From positions 5,952,001 to 6,016,000 of the forward strand of contig NC_079169.1 in NCBI RefSeq assembly GCF_947568905.1: DNA of 64,000 nucleotides, read 5' to 3'. The notes below the pieces were generated by a model. It worked only from the letters and a program-made list of their open reading frames with translations. It was not told the origin of the DNA and did no database searches. The position numbers and the translations under genes are program-made. Shown here one piece after another: positions 47,650-61,246 of this stretch. The stretch is from Ostrea edulis. Lineage: Eukaryota. How positions within the stretch are numbered: the first letter of the stretch is position 1; the number at the start of each line of letters is the position of its first letter.

Positions 47650-48030
47650 CATGATAGGGGGTAGTTAATTTAATTATTTTTCAAATATAACAATGCATGC
47701 ATATTTATTTCAAGTATCGTAACAACATATTTGATATTTGTTTTATGAAATACAGTTGTTACAATACTTGAAATAAATATGCCCAGGAGTAAAGAAAATG
47801 TTAAAAGAAATGCATAAATTTTACAGTGTTTATCCCAAAATTAAGATCCATTAGGGTTGGAGGGGGGGTCATGAAATTTACGATTTCCGGTCTCCTACAG
47901 ATGCTACATACCAAATTTGGTCAAGGTTGGCGCACTAGTTTCTGGGAAGAAGTTGTTAATGGACGACGCACGACGACGGATGTAGACCAATAGCAATAGG
48001 TCACCTAAGTGACTCAAGTGACCTAATAAA
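47650..48030 (+). mobile_element. HINE-like element 3' part
   Basis: ggggtcatgaaattta...tacataccaaatttggtcaag...gaagaagttgttaa, a gacga microsatellite-like stretch, terminal hairpin aggtcacctaagtgactcaagtgacct followed by A-run; internal 29-bp inverted repeat at about 47699-47783. Confidence 0.7.
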
Positions 48031-48659
48031 ACTTACTATTCTAATGTTGATTTTAATGCAATATACATTTGTAACATTAGAAGATAAAAGTCTCCCTCCA
48101 GTTACATATTTTTCGGGTTTCTAAAGATTTTACTTTTTTCAGACTGTATGGATGTGTATTTTAAAAATTTCACATTGGCAAAAGAAGCCGGGTACACTCT
48201 ACTGAGTATATTTACGGATCGCTTTGTTATGCATACCATTAAAATGTATTTCTTATTTGTATATAGAGGCTTCTTAATTGAATTATGATAAAACAAAAAG
48301 TTATACGTATGTATATTTATTTACATTGGAAAGTTTAATAATTTGGAATATACACAAGAGTTTAGATATAACGGATTTCAAATCTTTTATATCATTCGAA
48401 GATCCACGCACACGCAAGATAAGATATACTCCGATCCTGCCCGGTCTTGTCGATCAGCTATGAATCATCTTGAACCACTTTTCATATACTTTATTGATCT
48501 TTTTAAATAAAGAAAATTATATTACCTACAGCATTTACCCCCTCTCAGTATTAAGAATATTGACTTGATATGTTTGTTGCTCTGTGTCATTTTGCACTCA
48601 TGCAGAGACACCACCATCCTGAAGTGCAGTGCTACAAATGTTAACTATAGTGTCACTTT

Positions 48660-48915
48660 TGACCCAATCACGGCGTTTACTACCGTAACAGTGAGGTGTC
48701 CTTATTGTGCTAACGCATACCACGACATAGGTCACCCGTCTTTAAGGTCATATTTGAAAGACCCGTTGCTTTTACTTCTAATATCAGACGCTTGGCATAG
48801 CAACAGTAGCCAATTTCTGTGTTATACGTCATAGGTTTGACGCGGCAGTAGTCACTTCCTGTGTTATACGTCATAGGTGTGACGCGGCGCCAGGATCGAG
48901 AATCGAACCCGGGCT
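48660..48915 (-). mobile_element. Decayed tRNA-derived SINE S2 with an internal ~40-bp duplication
   Basis: Minus strand B box gggttcgattc; ctgtgttatacgtcataggt.tgacgcggc occurs twice; body gcacaataaggacacctcactgttacgg. Confidence 0.6.
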
Positions 48916-49512
48916 AAGCGATTGTTGTAACCAAGTAAACAAGTGCCTATAGCGACCGGTAGCTTAGTAATCATATGAATTTAGACCTTCTACAAATTTA
49001 AGCTGAAATAAAATGTTTTGCTTTTATACGTGTGTTTCACTAGTTACATTGTAATAATAGAGTCTTCGATGTTCTCTACGTTTCCAGGAATCGTCCCTGT
49101 AATTTTTCATACTGTATAATTTCTGCTTTGATTACTTTGACTTTCAGAACTCTATATACATGTGCATGTAGTAATTGTTTTTTTTTTTTATACCTTTGAA
49201 GTACAAGAGAAGCAGATGGCTTACTTATCAATGTTGTTCGGTGACGGTACTTAGGCCTACCTTTAGTCAACAGGATGTGTTTGTTTAATACTAATATGCA
49301 GTGGAGACTAATTTCATCGCAGACAATCACAGTCGCAGCGATTACAGAGCAACAAACTAACAAAAACCCCGGAAGTCCCAAATTCTCTTCGTCTGCAACA
49401 GTTTTCAATCAAAGATTTTTTTCCGAAAGCAATCAACTCTTTTCAGTATATCTAGCTTATGTTTGTGTGAATTAGAATGAAATCCAAGCTGTATGTTATA
49501 TGTAATTTTCCC

Positions 49513-49570
49513 CAACACGCACAAACAGAACAACACGCACAAACAGAACCACACGCACAAACAGAACCAC
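49513..49570. repeat. 18-bp tandem repeat x3
   Basis: c(a/c)acacgcacaaacagaa. Confidence 0.9.
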
Positions 49571-51039
49571 TTTGATGAAGGTAAGCAAATGCATCGTCTT
49601 TCGATATTAGGTAAATGAAACATTACGGTATATTTGCAATGGTTCAAGATAATAATATTTTGACAAAGTGGCTTGACGTACAAATTCTTTTTCCTCGCTT
49701 TCTAGATACATGTATGTATAAAATATATATCAAAGATTTAGAGAAGGCAGACAGCCTAACACGGAATGCATATTGTATTTCTGTACTACTGCCCTAATGT
49801 GCTTTGGAATTGGAAATGCAGAATCTACGGTATTTGTTTTTAATTTTTTTATTATTCTTTTTTAAATTCTGATACGCATTCTGTGAAAGCAGTATAAATA
49901 TGTTTATGTTCTGATTATATGAGAAGGGAAAATACTGACCATTAAGAAATATCGAAATTGTTAGAAATAAATTTTGCTGAATACTTCGGATTTTGTCTCT
50001 GTCAGTTATACATTCATGAAATGCGTATACATTACTTACTTTAGCTATTGAATTATGCATAAACATTTTCAGAGATCCTTGTGAACGATTGTTCGAAAAT
50101 CGTCTTTTTTTATCGAAGTGTTATTAATACCATCTACTAGGAAATAAAAACTATTAGTAATTATATGGTCGTAATTTACATTCAGACAATTACTAATACA
50201 AAGTCTATACTGAGAAGGAAAAAAAGAGACATCAAAAGATATTTTTTCTTCTGAATTTGCGAAGTGAATCGTAATAAGTAAATAGACGTTTGTTTTGGTT
50301 TCGTATAGTTCAAACACTTAACTCTTGACTCAACGAAAAAAGACAGTGTCAATTACAAGAAAAAGTAAGAGGCAGGGGGAAGACATTTGATGTTTGATCT
50401 GCTACGACAGCAGACGGCAGGTACCAGTCGCCATTTCGTGCAGTATGAATGAAATCTTATGATTTATCGAGATTAATCGTATAAGTAAATTTGAAATCTA
50501 TCTCTGAGGGCAATATAATTGGGAAAGGAAATAAAAACATTTCACCCTTCTGACACTGCCATGCAACGAATTCACACCACGAGCACTTACTACAGCTATT
50601 TTATCATTTAATTTCATTCATTTTTCAGATTAAGAAGTTGATAAAAAATCAATTAGCAATTTTCGTGTCTGGTTAGGAAAATATTTGAATTGTTAAATCG
50701 TGTATCTTATTACAAAATACATATGTAATTTGAAGTTATTCATATTTTATCTGCCCCACTTACCGATTTACAGAAATATCAGGTAATTTTGTGTCACAAT
50801 GCACTATATCCTATTTTTCTTCTTGCACAATTCTGGTGAGATATGGTTTGTTTGACAATATCTTCCTGGTTGGGCATAAGCACGTGTGGATTACCGTGTA
50901 TGAATGGTGAAATATACAAATGTACTTAATTTACAATAACTAAGGTCTTTTCAGATTCTAAATTATGTTTCCTAATGTGTAATTCAATTTATACATAGTT
51001 AAATCGAGGCTGGATTCTGACAAATAAGTTAATGTTAAA

Positions 51040-51383
51040 AGGGTTTCAAGTCAGCATTTCACAAATATCATAGTCCTTATAACGTTCTAATTTACCAATA
51101 CCAATACAACCTGTCATTGGGTAAAATGCTGTCTGACATGTTTCATATCAATTGTTAAGCGGTTCTTTACATACTGATTTTGACTGCGTTGACTCCGTTT
51201 ACTCGATCGAGAAATAGGGCTCACGACAGGCGTGAACGGTCGACAATGGATGTTTACTCCTACTAGGCACCTGGTCCCACCTCTAGTATATCCAGGGGTT
51301 CATGTTTGCCCAACTCTTAATTCTATTATCTTCTTAGGCGTTATGAAATAATTGATCACTGTTCGTTGTCTTCGCGTTTTCAT
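51040..51383 (+). mobile_element. Penelope-like 3' fragment (diverged; ORF end and UTR)
   Basis: aagtcagcatttcacaaat...aaatgctgtctgacatgtttcat...ggcacctggtcccacctct...gatcactgttcgttgtcttc. Confidence 0.85.
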
Positions 51384-52086
51384 TTTACTATGGAAATCAT
51401 AATATAGCTGATACAAGCCCTCTCGGTGAGGTACAAGGTCACTACATGTACATGTATATACATGTGTTATGTGTATACTTTGTTGCAATTATCAAAGTAT
51501 AACACAGATATTAAGAAGAGATATGACTGCACATATAATCATATCAGCGGTTAGTGACACGATTATCTTTGATTGACATGTAAGGATAGCAAGATTAAGT
51601 TGAACAACTACATAATGGAAAATAAATAATTTAAAAAGCTGGTACCGGTTTGCAAATGTTTCGTACGTACTGTACTTTCATATAGAATTTAATTGAATCT
51701 TCTTAATTATTTATGTAAGTATGCACAAACTGAAATGGTTTAGTATCAACATTATAACTTCAGACGAGGTTCCATATAAAAGTAAATTTAATGAGACTGG
51801 AACATTTTAATTTTAATTAAAATTTAAAAGTTGCAATTTCGAAAAAGACTAAAAAAGAATATCACGTTCAGTATGATATGGATATTGAAGGAAAGAATTG
51901 TCTACATTTTCAGAATGAAAACCACATTTTTGACGATTACAAACTCTTTCGTGAATGTTTCAATGAACATTTTCCAACGTGCATCTTCTCTATCACTGGG
52001 CCAGTTAAGCCACAATTTACATACGGATGCTCAAACTTCCCTTTGAGAAATTGAGATTTATTGAGGTTTTTTTTGGGAGGATGGGG

Positions 52087-52238
52087 TTAAATGAACTGCC
52101 CAATTCTTTGACCATAGTTCAATTTTTCCAGATAATTAGTTAATAAGTTTGCAACATAAATTATGTCATCCTCAACAATAACAAACAGTGACGTGTCATT
52201 CACAAAAAGTCTTACATTATTTACCACACCATTTATAC
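52087..52238 (-). mobile_element. Decayed non-LTR (CR1/L2-like) reverse transcriptase fragment
   Basis: VVNNVRLFVNDTSLFVIVE...LLTNYLEKL resembles the RLFADDTxLF...LxxDLxxL stretch around the RT catalytic motif. Confidence 0.65.
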
Positions 52239-52380
52239 GAAAGGTGAAGATCAATATCATAGCTCTTTTAAGGAATACAAAATAGAGAGTTGGACAGACA
52301 CGGACACCAGGACACACCAGAGATGGGATGAGGTGCCTAGGAAGAGTAAGCATCCCTTGTCGACTGGTCACACCCGCTGT
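52239..52380 (-). mobile_element. Penelope-like 3' UTR fragment abutting the LINE remnant
   Basis: aaggtgaaga...aatacaaaatagagagttgg...aggtgcctaggaagagtaagcatccc...ggtcacacccgc. Confidence 0.85.
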
Positions 52381-52562
52381 ATATTAAAAAAACCAAGAAG
52401 GACCCAAATAAAGAACCTTGTGGAACCCCCAAAAGTACCATTACTACTAGCAGACAGAAACCATTTAATACCACTTTCTTCATTTATCTTCTTCAGAAAA
52501 GTAAATTCTCAATCCAAATCTAACATATTTACCTTTATCTAAAGATACGACCATATCAAAAG

Positions 52563-52783
52563 CAGTGGCGGATCTAGACCTTACCGTGGTGGTGGTGGTG
52601 ATGGGGGGGGGGTGGTTAAGGGCCAAAGGGGGAGGGGGTTAACCCCCTCCAATAAGGGGGGTCACGGAAAATTTTAAAAAGATTGATTCTTGTTCCTTCT
52701 TCCTTTCATTTATGGTAACCACATCCTTTATAGGTTCGGGTGTGGTAACAATTAAAAAAAAACACACCCTAAATCCGCCACTG
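52563..52783. mobile_element. MITE with 15-bp TIRs and G-rich interior
   Basis: cagtggcggatctag ... ctaaatccgccactg. Confidence 0.8.
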
Positions 52784-53601
52784 CAAATATTTCCAGTTAT
52801 TGATTTGCCAGGAAAGTAAAAGTGAATTCAATGAGACTTGAACATTAAGTTGCAATGTCGAAATAGACTCAAAAGAATATGTTCAGTGTAATATGGGCAT
52901 TCGAGGAAAAAATGATATACATTTCAGTATGAAAACCACATTTATGACGATTACAAGCTCAAAGAAACGACCGTATCAAATATTCCCAGTTATTGATAGA
53001 TACATGTAGTTGAATCACCTGACAGGAAACCTGGGTGATATTTATCATGCAGGTGTCGACTATATTTGTGTCTTAGTACTATTCATTTATCATTCTGATA
53101 TCATCAATATGTCATTCCTTTCTGCGATTGATGTTTCATCCAAAGTCTCGAAATCATATCCATCCTCAGGGATGAGATTCCTGAGACGGATATTTATGGT
53201 GGATACTTGTAATATCACGTGGCTGTCTCACGTGTGTAATGTCATGGTCACACCGGGGATAGTGAGAGAATATAACAATTCATAATGAGTATCTATGTGG
53301 GATAAAGATATCTCACCTGAGGGATTAAATATTTTGGCCGGAAAGGGACGAGATATCTCTCAAATTCTAAGTGTTAAAAGCCCGCTAAATCAAGATCCAC
53401 GTTGTTTGCATTGGTAATCATCAGAATAACTGAACATGGAAACTGGGAAAAGGCATGTTCGATTTGTATATCACCATAACCTTACTATTAAAGAAACCGT
53501 ACTTGACATAAAAGGATGCTGCTTCATTGGTGTAAGCCTTGTTAAGGTTTAGTTTCATTACATATCTATTTAAAGTAACATAATATGACGTCATATACAT
53601 A

Positions 53602-53710
53602 ATGTTATTTATGACTACAACGATTTTGATGATCGCCGATTGGCTGATTGTATTATGTGATTTACCTGATCCAACCAGTCGTTGGAGGGGAAACATAGAT
53701 GGAGTCTCTG
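53602..53710 (+). CDS. Candidate exon A of a putative 92-aa protein (hydrophobic N-terminus)
   Basis: ATG after an in-frame TAA; MLFMTTTILMIADWLIVLC...; donor CTG|GTATGT (phase 1); perfect CRE at 53586-53593. An alternative phase-1 upstream exon (50629-50671) also fits. Confidence 0.25.
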
Positions 53711-55074
53711 GTATGTGAGAGTGAATTGCAACAGGGAGATAATCCTTAATTTTGAAATGAAATTCTAAATTTTATAACAGCAATTAAATATACATCCGTA
53801 TTTTCAAGCTAGTAACGAAGTACTTAGCTACTATACAGCTCTTCAAGCGACGTAAATTAAATTAGATTGCATTCGGAAACAAACTTTATTTGTGAATTGG
53901 AAACATGGGGAACGATAAAAAGGTTTTTTAAAAAGAGTAGAAAGACATTATAGCTTTGGCTAAATAACATTGTATTCTACGATACTTCAGACATTTTCAA
54001 TGGTCGCAAATCAGGTTTTAAATTTTTCTTTATTTAAGAGTAATGTGATAGATGGTCGTTTTAATTCAAGGTTTCGATTAATTTGAAGCAAACATCACAA
54101 TTAATTTCAGCATTAGACAACCCTTTCTCAATAACGTAAGAAACATGAAAATCAGCGACACTTAAATTGATGCCATCAAAGAAAATACTTTTTGTACAGC
54201 AGCTTGGGGATCTCCTGTTGTTCTCTTTAATCTACAATCTTTAAAAGAAAGTGGTGTTATTTTCCTTCCGTTGTTAACACAATATGCGACAAAAAACTTC
54301 GGACAACATTATTTCCATATATAGGCATGGTTAGGACTGTGTTGAATAAACTATTTTGATCTAAGTTTTGAGAAATCCTTCCTATTGGACAAATTGCGAC
54401 GATTACGCAGATTTTCGAATCAGTAAACTTTAAGTGGCAGTAACGTACGAAGGGAGGTAAGACCTTTTAAACTATTGAGCACAAATAGTGACGCAGGATA
54501 CTAAGCGTTTATCAAATATAGAAGACATTGATGATCAATAATTGATTTGTAGTTTTTAAAGTCACCTGAGTCTTCTCGATGATCTACATGTAATTACAAC
54601 GTATTCCGTCCAACGTTCGAAGTCCCGTAATTCGTCCTTCGTGAATTTCATAGACCTGGAATTATATGTTTTGGTACTACAACAGAGCTGCAAGATTCAT
54701 AAAATGAAAATACATGTACATTCTTCTTGATTCCTGGGAATAAAAGATAAAACAACCAAATGTATTGTATAGTAATGATGATCGAATTCGAAAGCGACGA
54801 CCAAATATTTAAAATCCATGTTCCCTGGATCAGAATTTGTGTGAGCATGAAATTTTTTGAACATCTCGACGTAAAAAAAAAATCAAACGTGTGCAAAGCA
54901 ATAATTGATTTGGTCCATGGGTCAAAAGTTCAATTTTGAGCCATATGGATTACATAGTAAAAATCAATTAAATATCCATATGAATGTATTTCTACTTCAG
55001 AACTTGTATCAAACGGTGCAGTTATACCCCATGCAAACCAAGTTAAAAGGCTAAGAGGAACTGTGTGTAATTGT

Positions 55075-55925
55075 GTCTGTTTGCCACTTCGTCTTTCCTT
55101 GTCTGTTAAGTCGTTTTTTTCATCATCTATCCTTTCATCTGGACATCGTCTTTCTCTCCGTCCGTTCATCGTCGGTTCCTCTCGTCCATCATGTCTTTCC
55201 TTCAGTCCATCGTGTTTCTTTTCTGTCCATCGTCTGTTCCTCCATCTGCCGATCGTCTTTCACTTCATCTGTCCATTTTAGTCCGTTTGTCTATCCATCA
55301 TCTATCTCCATTTGTTCATCAACTGTCATTCCATATTTTCATTATTTCTCAACGCTGTCCTTCATTTTCTTTCTCTCTATTTGTATTTCATCTGTTTCTC
55401 CATTTGTACATCGTCCGTTTCTCCATTTTTCCATTGTCTCTTTCTCCATTTATTCAGCGTCTGTTTCTCCATGTGTCCATCGTCTGTTTTTCCATCGTCT
55501 CTTTCTCCATTTATTCAGCGTCTGTTTCTCCATCGTATGTTTACACCAACTGTCCACCATCTCTTGTCTTCTGCCCATGGTCTGTTCATCCATTTTCATC
55601 GTCTTTCTCTTCATTTGTAGATCGTCTGTTCCTTTATATATCCTTCGCCTGTCTCTCTAACTACTTATCGTCTGTCCCTCCATCTGTCCATCCTCTCATC
55701 TGTCCATCGTCCGTTTGTACATCGTCTGCCCCTCCATCTTCTCGTTTGTCTGTCTATCGTATGTCCCTTGACTTGTCCATCGTCTGTCCCTCCATCTTTC
55801 TCTTCTTTTTTCCTTCGTCTCTGTCCATCGTGTTTTCCTCCATCTATCAATCTCTTCGTTTATCGTTGTATACCCTTCTATTAGTCCATCGCCTGGTCCC
55901 ATCGGTACATTGTTTGTCCATCGTT
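55075..55925. repeat. Pyrimidine-rich degenerate simple repeat (tccatcgtct/tctgtc)
   Basis: Recurrent tccatc/catcgtct motifs; the lack of stops explains multiple overlapping ORFs. Confidence 0.9.
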
Positions 55926-56200
55926 TAGCTCTTCTTGATATGTTGTGTCTGGATCGAAAGTTTGCAAGGAAGAATTAGGTAATACATGTTAATTGAAAGA
56001 ATATCAAAAAATTAAAGTTATCTGTGAACTATGTTTCGGAACTCTGATCCAAGATCATTTTACTAACGTCAAGCAATAGTGGAGAAAAAAAATTGAAAAA
56101 TTCATATAAACATTAGCGGTGACATATGTGATGGTTGATATTGATAAATAGGATTGATATTACACTTATGTCATTTTGTACACATTCTTTCTGTTGACAG

Positions 56201-56270
56201 ATTGCTCCAATTTCTTCCCAAAGACGTGCACGAGTTGTCCTTCATTTCGCAGGTCCTCAATATCAATTCA
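56201..56270 (+). CDS. Candidate internal exon B (70 nt) encoding CSNFFPKTCTSCPSFRRSSISI in the phase-1 frame
   Basis: Acceptor cattctttctgttgacag and donor CA|GTGAGT are both strong; open in all three frames. Confidence 0.45.
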
Positions 56271-57526
56271 GTGAGTCGTTAAAATTTTAATTTGATATAT
56301 GTTTAAATGCATTTATCAATAAAAAGGGTGTCAAATTCGCACTTTACAACAAAACAAATGATAATGTAAATTTTATCGAATCTTTGTCGGTCAAGAAAAT
56401 GTTGGGGTTTTTTTTTTTGGGGGGGGGGGGGTATTTCAGTCTGTAGAATAGTAATAGTACTATTGTTTTTATGCATTGTATTTTAAAACAAATATCCACG
56501 GTGTAAAGGGAGACTAAATGTAGGTGACCTTTCTGTTTACTTGATTGAATCTAGGCTTCCCAGAAAAGGACAGTACTGGTAACGGATTGAATAATGTACA
56601 TCAAACGATTCTATTCTTTTTGTCAAATTTTATTCCGTCAAGTATAAATCTCTTTCATACATGTAAATGTTAGAATGGATATTTTTAATCGTACTTTTTT
56701 TGACAAATGAAATACAATTTTTTTTATATAAAACTTAAAATGAGTACAAATGTATTCACGCAGGTTTCTGTGAGAATTTAAAAAAATAAGGATGTATACT
56801 TAAGGACAACATCGTTCCAGGATAGGGTAAATATTCCAACACAGCCTGTCAGAAAGCTACATTCTAAAAAGGTGATAGATAAATATTTGTAAAGAAACAA
56901 GTGTTGACAGTAATCTATATCTGTCTTCCTGCTTTTAAATAGTTGTATGTATTCATTTATCTTTTTTCTATATCTCTTTGACATTCTATTTCTATGTTGG
57001 GTTTTTATTTTTATTTTTTGTCAACAAACCTCACTTCCCTTCCAGGAAAAGACAAACTTTGTTGTATTGCTTTAAATAGACTTGTATTGGGAAACTATAC
57101 TAGTTTGTGTTAGCTGGTTTATAATATATCCACCCAAGCATAATTAATGCATGTGCGGTATCGAATTATAATTTTTTAAATATTCACATTTATTGAGGGT
57201 TTTTCCTTATCTGTTATAGAGATGAGTAAATCACGTGACAGTACTTCGCACGGTGCCAGACCACGATATGAGTGGTCGATGTGTAGATTGGCGAAATATT
57301 GAAAATTTGTCAATTTTTCTTGATATGAAATCTTTTTCATTTTAAGCAAAATACATGAACAAAACGAAAACTAAATGTAAATTCTGATAATCAATTTTCA
57401 GTGAATTATCACGCAGACCCAAGAGAAACGAACTTGCAACCACGTGGCCTTGCTATTTCATTTAGTGTCTTCACTATACGTAACATGGTTGTCATTTTAC
57501 TCACTTAAAGACCATAACGTTCGTTC

Positions 57527-57805
57527 CAGTCAGTTTAATTTGTGTTGATGTAAATATAAACATTTTGTTGTAGGGTCTACACTCAGTCTAGTTTTGATGT
57601 AAATATAAACATTTTGTTGTGAAGTCTACAGACAGTTTAATTTGTGTTGATGTAAATATATATATGTAAACATTTTGCTGGCATTTTGATTATCTACAGT
57701 CTTTAGTTTGTGTTGATGTAAATATAGATAATGAAGTATGCGGGGTTGTTGTCATTCTACAGTCAGTTTAGTTTGTGTTGATATAAATATACACAATGAA
57801 GTTTT
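57527..57805. repeat. Degenerate ~55-65 bp tandem repeat x5
   Basis: cagtcagttta.tttgtgttgatgtaaatata recurs. Confidence 0.8.
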
Positions 57806-59620
57806 GCTATCATTATTGAGTAGATGAAAATAGCCAGCTTTGTAAAACAATTCTTCTACAATGTTGCCATGCCCCCAATAACAAAACCATACCTCCTTTT
57901 CTAAACAGCAATTGAAAGAGTGATGCTAGGCCATGTGAACGCGTCGCAGAAATTACTTTTACACAGTAGAAGTATAGTGTATATATACATGTGTAATTAC
58001 AGATACACTTATATGAGGAAATGCATGCAGATGTATGTGATTGGGACTTTAAAGCTTCCAGCTAAAAGTATCTGTTATACACCCTCATTCTGTTATTAAT
58101 TAATATACCCTGTCTAATGTATGTACACATGTAGCCCATATGACATATTATATGTATGCATAATGTTACCCATATGGGCGTGCTTTTCTGGAAACGAATT
58201 GTAATTTACTACAAAGCATGTAAAGACTACCAGCCATGAAAACATTAGGGGAAAGATAAAAACAATCTAGAATAAACCACCTTTACTTTAGATATAGTTC
58301 AAAGCTTTTAAAACCATACCCACTTGCATGATCAAAGTGACTAACACGAGACTGAAATTGTTTGAGAGAAGCATAATTTGCTATGGTCGTTTCATGTGCA
58401 CGGATACCTGCATTTCCTCCATTGTGTTTATACATGTTCACAGTGCATTTGAAAAATATATGTGTATGTTCATTGTATCGTGTGAAGAGTCTGGATTGAG
58501 TATAATGCGAATGGGGACACACACAGTTTTAATTATGAAAATGACCTGTTTAACCTAAAAGTGTAGTCATGCGCATCATAGATAAAACGACGTCCTCATT
58601 TCAAACAATTGATATATTTGTAAATATATAAGACCACAAACAAGAAGGCAACAGTATACATACAACGATTATTTATAACTTCTTGTTTCAAGGTCAAGGG
58701 TAGAAATCTGGGTCCTTTATGAGTTCGGATCACCTTTTACACCCCACAGGCCGTGAAAACTCTCCGATAATCGTTTCCCATGCCGTCCCGTTGTGAAAAC
58801 ACGTGCCCGTATTTCAAACTTTATCCATTATCTTATACTATACTGATTATAATATCTTAAGGAAAAGGGCTCATCTCGAACGTGTCATTTGTAAACTTTG
58901 CAAATGTTGTTGATAACCTAGTAATATACAGGGTCTGGGGGGATTTGACAAGCGTTGTGATTGGAGCACCTGCCTGAAAGCATACCCTTCTATGTGTAAA
59001 GATAAATTCATGCTTTGACATTTTGCAAGATCAATAAACAGACTGAAGTTATCAAATGTTTTATTGATAGCACTGTAAGATAACAAAGTTTACAAATAAT
59101 CAAATGCAATAAAGAATTACATTTTTTGCCATTAAAATCTTAGCACATGTAAACTAGAATTTTCAAATACATGATAAAAATATACGTTTGCATATGCACA
59201 AGAGTAAATTAATTTGCATATTCATGTACGAGTAAATTCCAGGAGTAACCGAATTATATGTACAATAATTCGATGAATACCTATCAGAAATAGGGTAGAT
59301 ACTGGCTGGAAATTCCAGTCGCGTTCATAAGCATGGAAATTTATGCGCGTCTGCCGGGGCTGTGCATATTAATGCGATTCACTGGGTACAAATCCGGGAA
59401 TGTCAAATGCAACGTATTGGAATTTTAAAATTACATATTGAGGACAGGGGTACATTAAATGTTGCTGCGCACAAACTCCCCATTAAATGCTTTCCATTAG
59501 ATGATATAGTGTTTAGTTGTCGTGTTAACATATTTATTACCTTTTTTATCTTGGAAATATCCGAGATCGAGTACACCCTCTGCTTTATTAGATTACCGCA
59601 AATTATATTATAGTGCGATT

Positions 59621-59850
59621 TGTATTTCAAATGTGAACATGTTGTATTTCAAATGTACAGTAAGATATCTCGCAATGCAAAAAATATTTTGAAAAACAAT
59701 ATCTAAGAACTAAAACGTTCTACTTCAAATGTACGGTAAGGCATCTCACAATGCAAAATAAAAAACATCTAAGAACTAAAACGTTCTACATATTTCAAAT
59801 GCACAGTAAGATTTCTTCCACTGCAAAATAAATAAAAACAAAATCTCGGA
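59621..59850. repeat. Degenerate ~70-bp tandem repeat x3
   Basis: ttcaaatg.ac.gtaag...ca.tgcaaaa...atctaagaactaaaacgttctac. Confidence 0.8.
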
Positions 59851-60736
59851 ATTAAATCAAGATTACATTGATGAAATATACATTGATTTGGACAATATGT
59901 TGTTGCTTTAAGTAGGAGATATATCGAGGTGTGCTACTGGGGAAAAAAAACCCATCTATTTTTCAAATTCATACAACTATTAAGTATAAAAAGAAATTCA
60001 AAAGAGTTGTGTAATTTGGAGAATTGTCTTCACTGTGCCTTTAATTTACGTAAAAACATTCTATATAGCATTCTCTGTCTACAAAATCATCAAAGTTATG
60101 TACCATGCCATATAATTGTTTATCTGTACTTTAATTTTAATCATTGTCATGAAATGTACTTGAGCAATAAAAGAATAATTAAGTAAATATTCATAATTTT
60201 TCCATTATGAATATCTGGATGAGATAAAATACAGGGATACCAGAACAGAAGTATGCATTGCTTCACGCGACAAGGTAGTTGGGAAATAATTAAAGATTGG
60301 CTGAATTGCATCCAATAGATGCACACCTCTGTCGTTTATTTCCTTCTGGGTATATCTTCCGGCTACCCCACATTTGATATCGACTAGCTGGGGGTCACCA
60401 GGGTACTATAACAATTACACGTAACTCTACACCCCAGTGTGTTATTTCAAGTGCTTACCAGATTTAGTCAAATATTACCGACTGAAATCATTTCTATGAA
60501 AATCAAATTAACTTCCATATCGTATTATCTGTTGATATCCTCTATTGAATATCATGTCATTTTGTTTGGTATAGGAAAAGATATGAATAGCTGAAAACAA
60601 CATATTATAGTAACAGCTTAATCTTTATATAACCGGTGGCAGAACTTTTTTTGAAAACTTGTTTTCCTTGATTCTGTACAAGTATTAGCTGTTGACCAAG
60701 ATTTTTCGTATCACAACATTAATTCTCGTAATCATT

Positions 60737-61246
60737 GGACTGATTCACAATTTTACCCAAAATTTTGTATTTCACTTTTAATAATCAAAATCTACTGTCT
60801 AATGTGTTTGAAAGATTTCAAATGAAAATTAAGGTTATACATCATCACAGGAGCTCATTTTAGAGAGTTTATTATTTGTTCTGTAAACAAAGATTGCTGT
60901 ATGCTATTGTTTACGAAATTTTCAAAAGAAATCGATATTGATCTAAGTTTATTATATCTTTCACATTTCAAACATTTTGGGGGTAAAATGTGTCATCTAA
61001 AAGTTAAATTTTGTGACTATGCAAAATCAAGATGAATTATATTACAAAATCAATATTTCACTTGTTTGTTTACATAAAAAGACCCGAATCTTTGTTTACA
61101 TAACACAGATTTAAGGCTAAATAATTGCTTTCATTCTTGCATTCAGAAGGTCAAAATTCTGGCTGTCAACATTAAATGAGTGATACTTTTAATGTTTAAC
61201 ATCAAAAATGAAAAATATTTTTATCAAAAATCGCGAACCAGTCCCT
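60737..61246 (-). mobile_element. Second copy of the Kolobok-like element (inverted relative to 38492-39009)
   Basis: Ends aaatcgcgaaccagtccct|ttaa; interior is the reverse complement of 38492-39009; left terminus eroded. Confidence 0.85.

Larger units (their letters stand above)
51780..52960. repeat. Local direct duplication of about 160 bp (51780-51950 vs about 52815-52960)
   Basis: aatgagact.gaacatt...agttgcaat.tcgaaa.agact.aaaagaatat...gaaaaccacattt.tgacgattaca occurs in both. Confidence 0.75.

Noticed and set aside
49076-49408. 110-aa minus-strand ORF with a hydrophobic stretch
   Set aside because: Non-ATG start, weak splice context and no recognisable domain.
55063-55928. Overlapping long ORFs (195 aa, 245 aa and others)
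   Set aside because: Low-complexity C/T repeat lacks stop codons in several frames; the products are S/F/L/V/H-rich with no domain.
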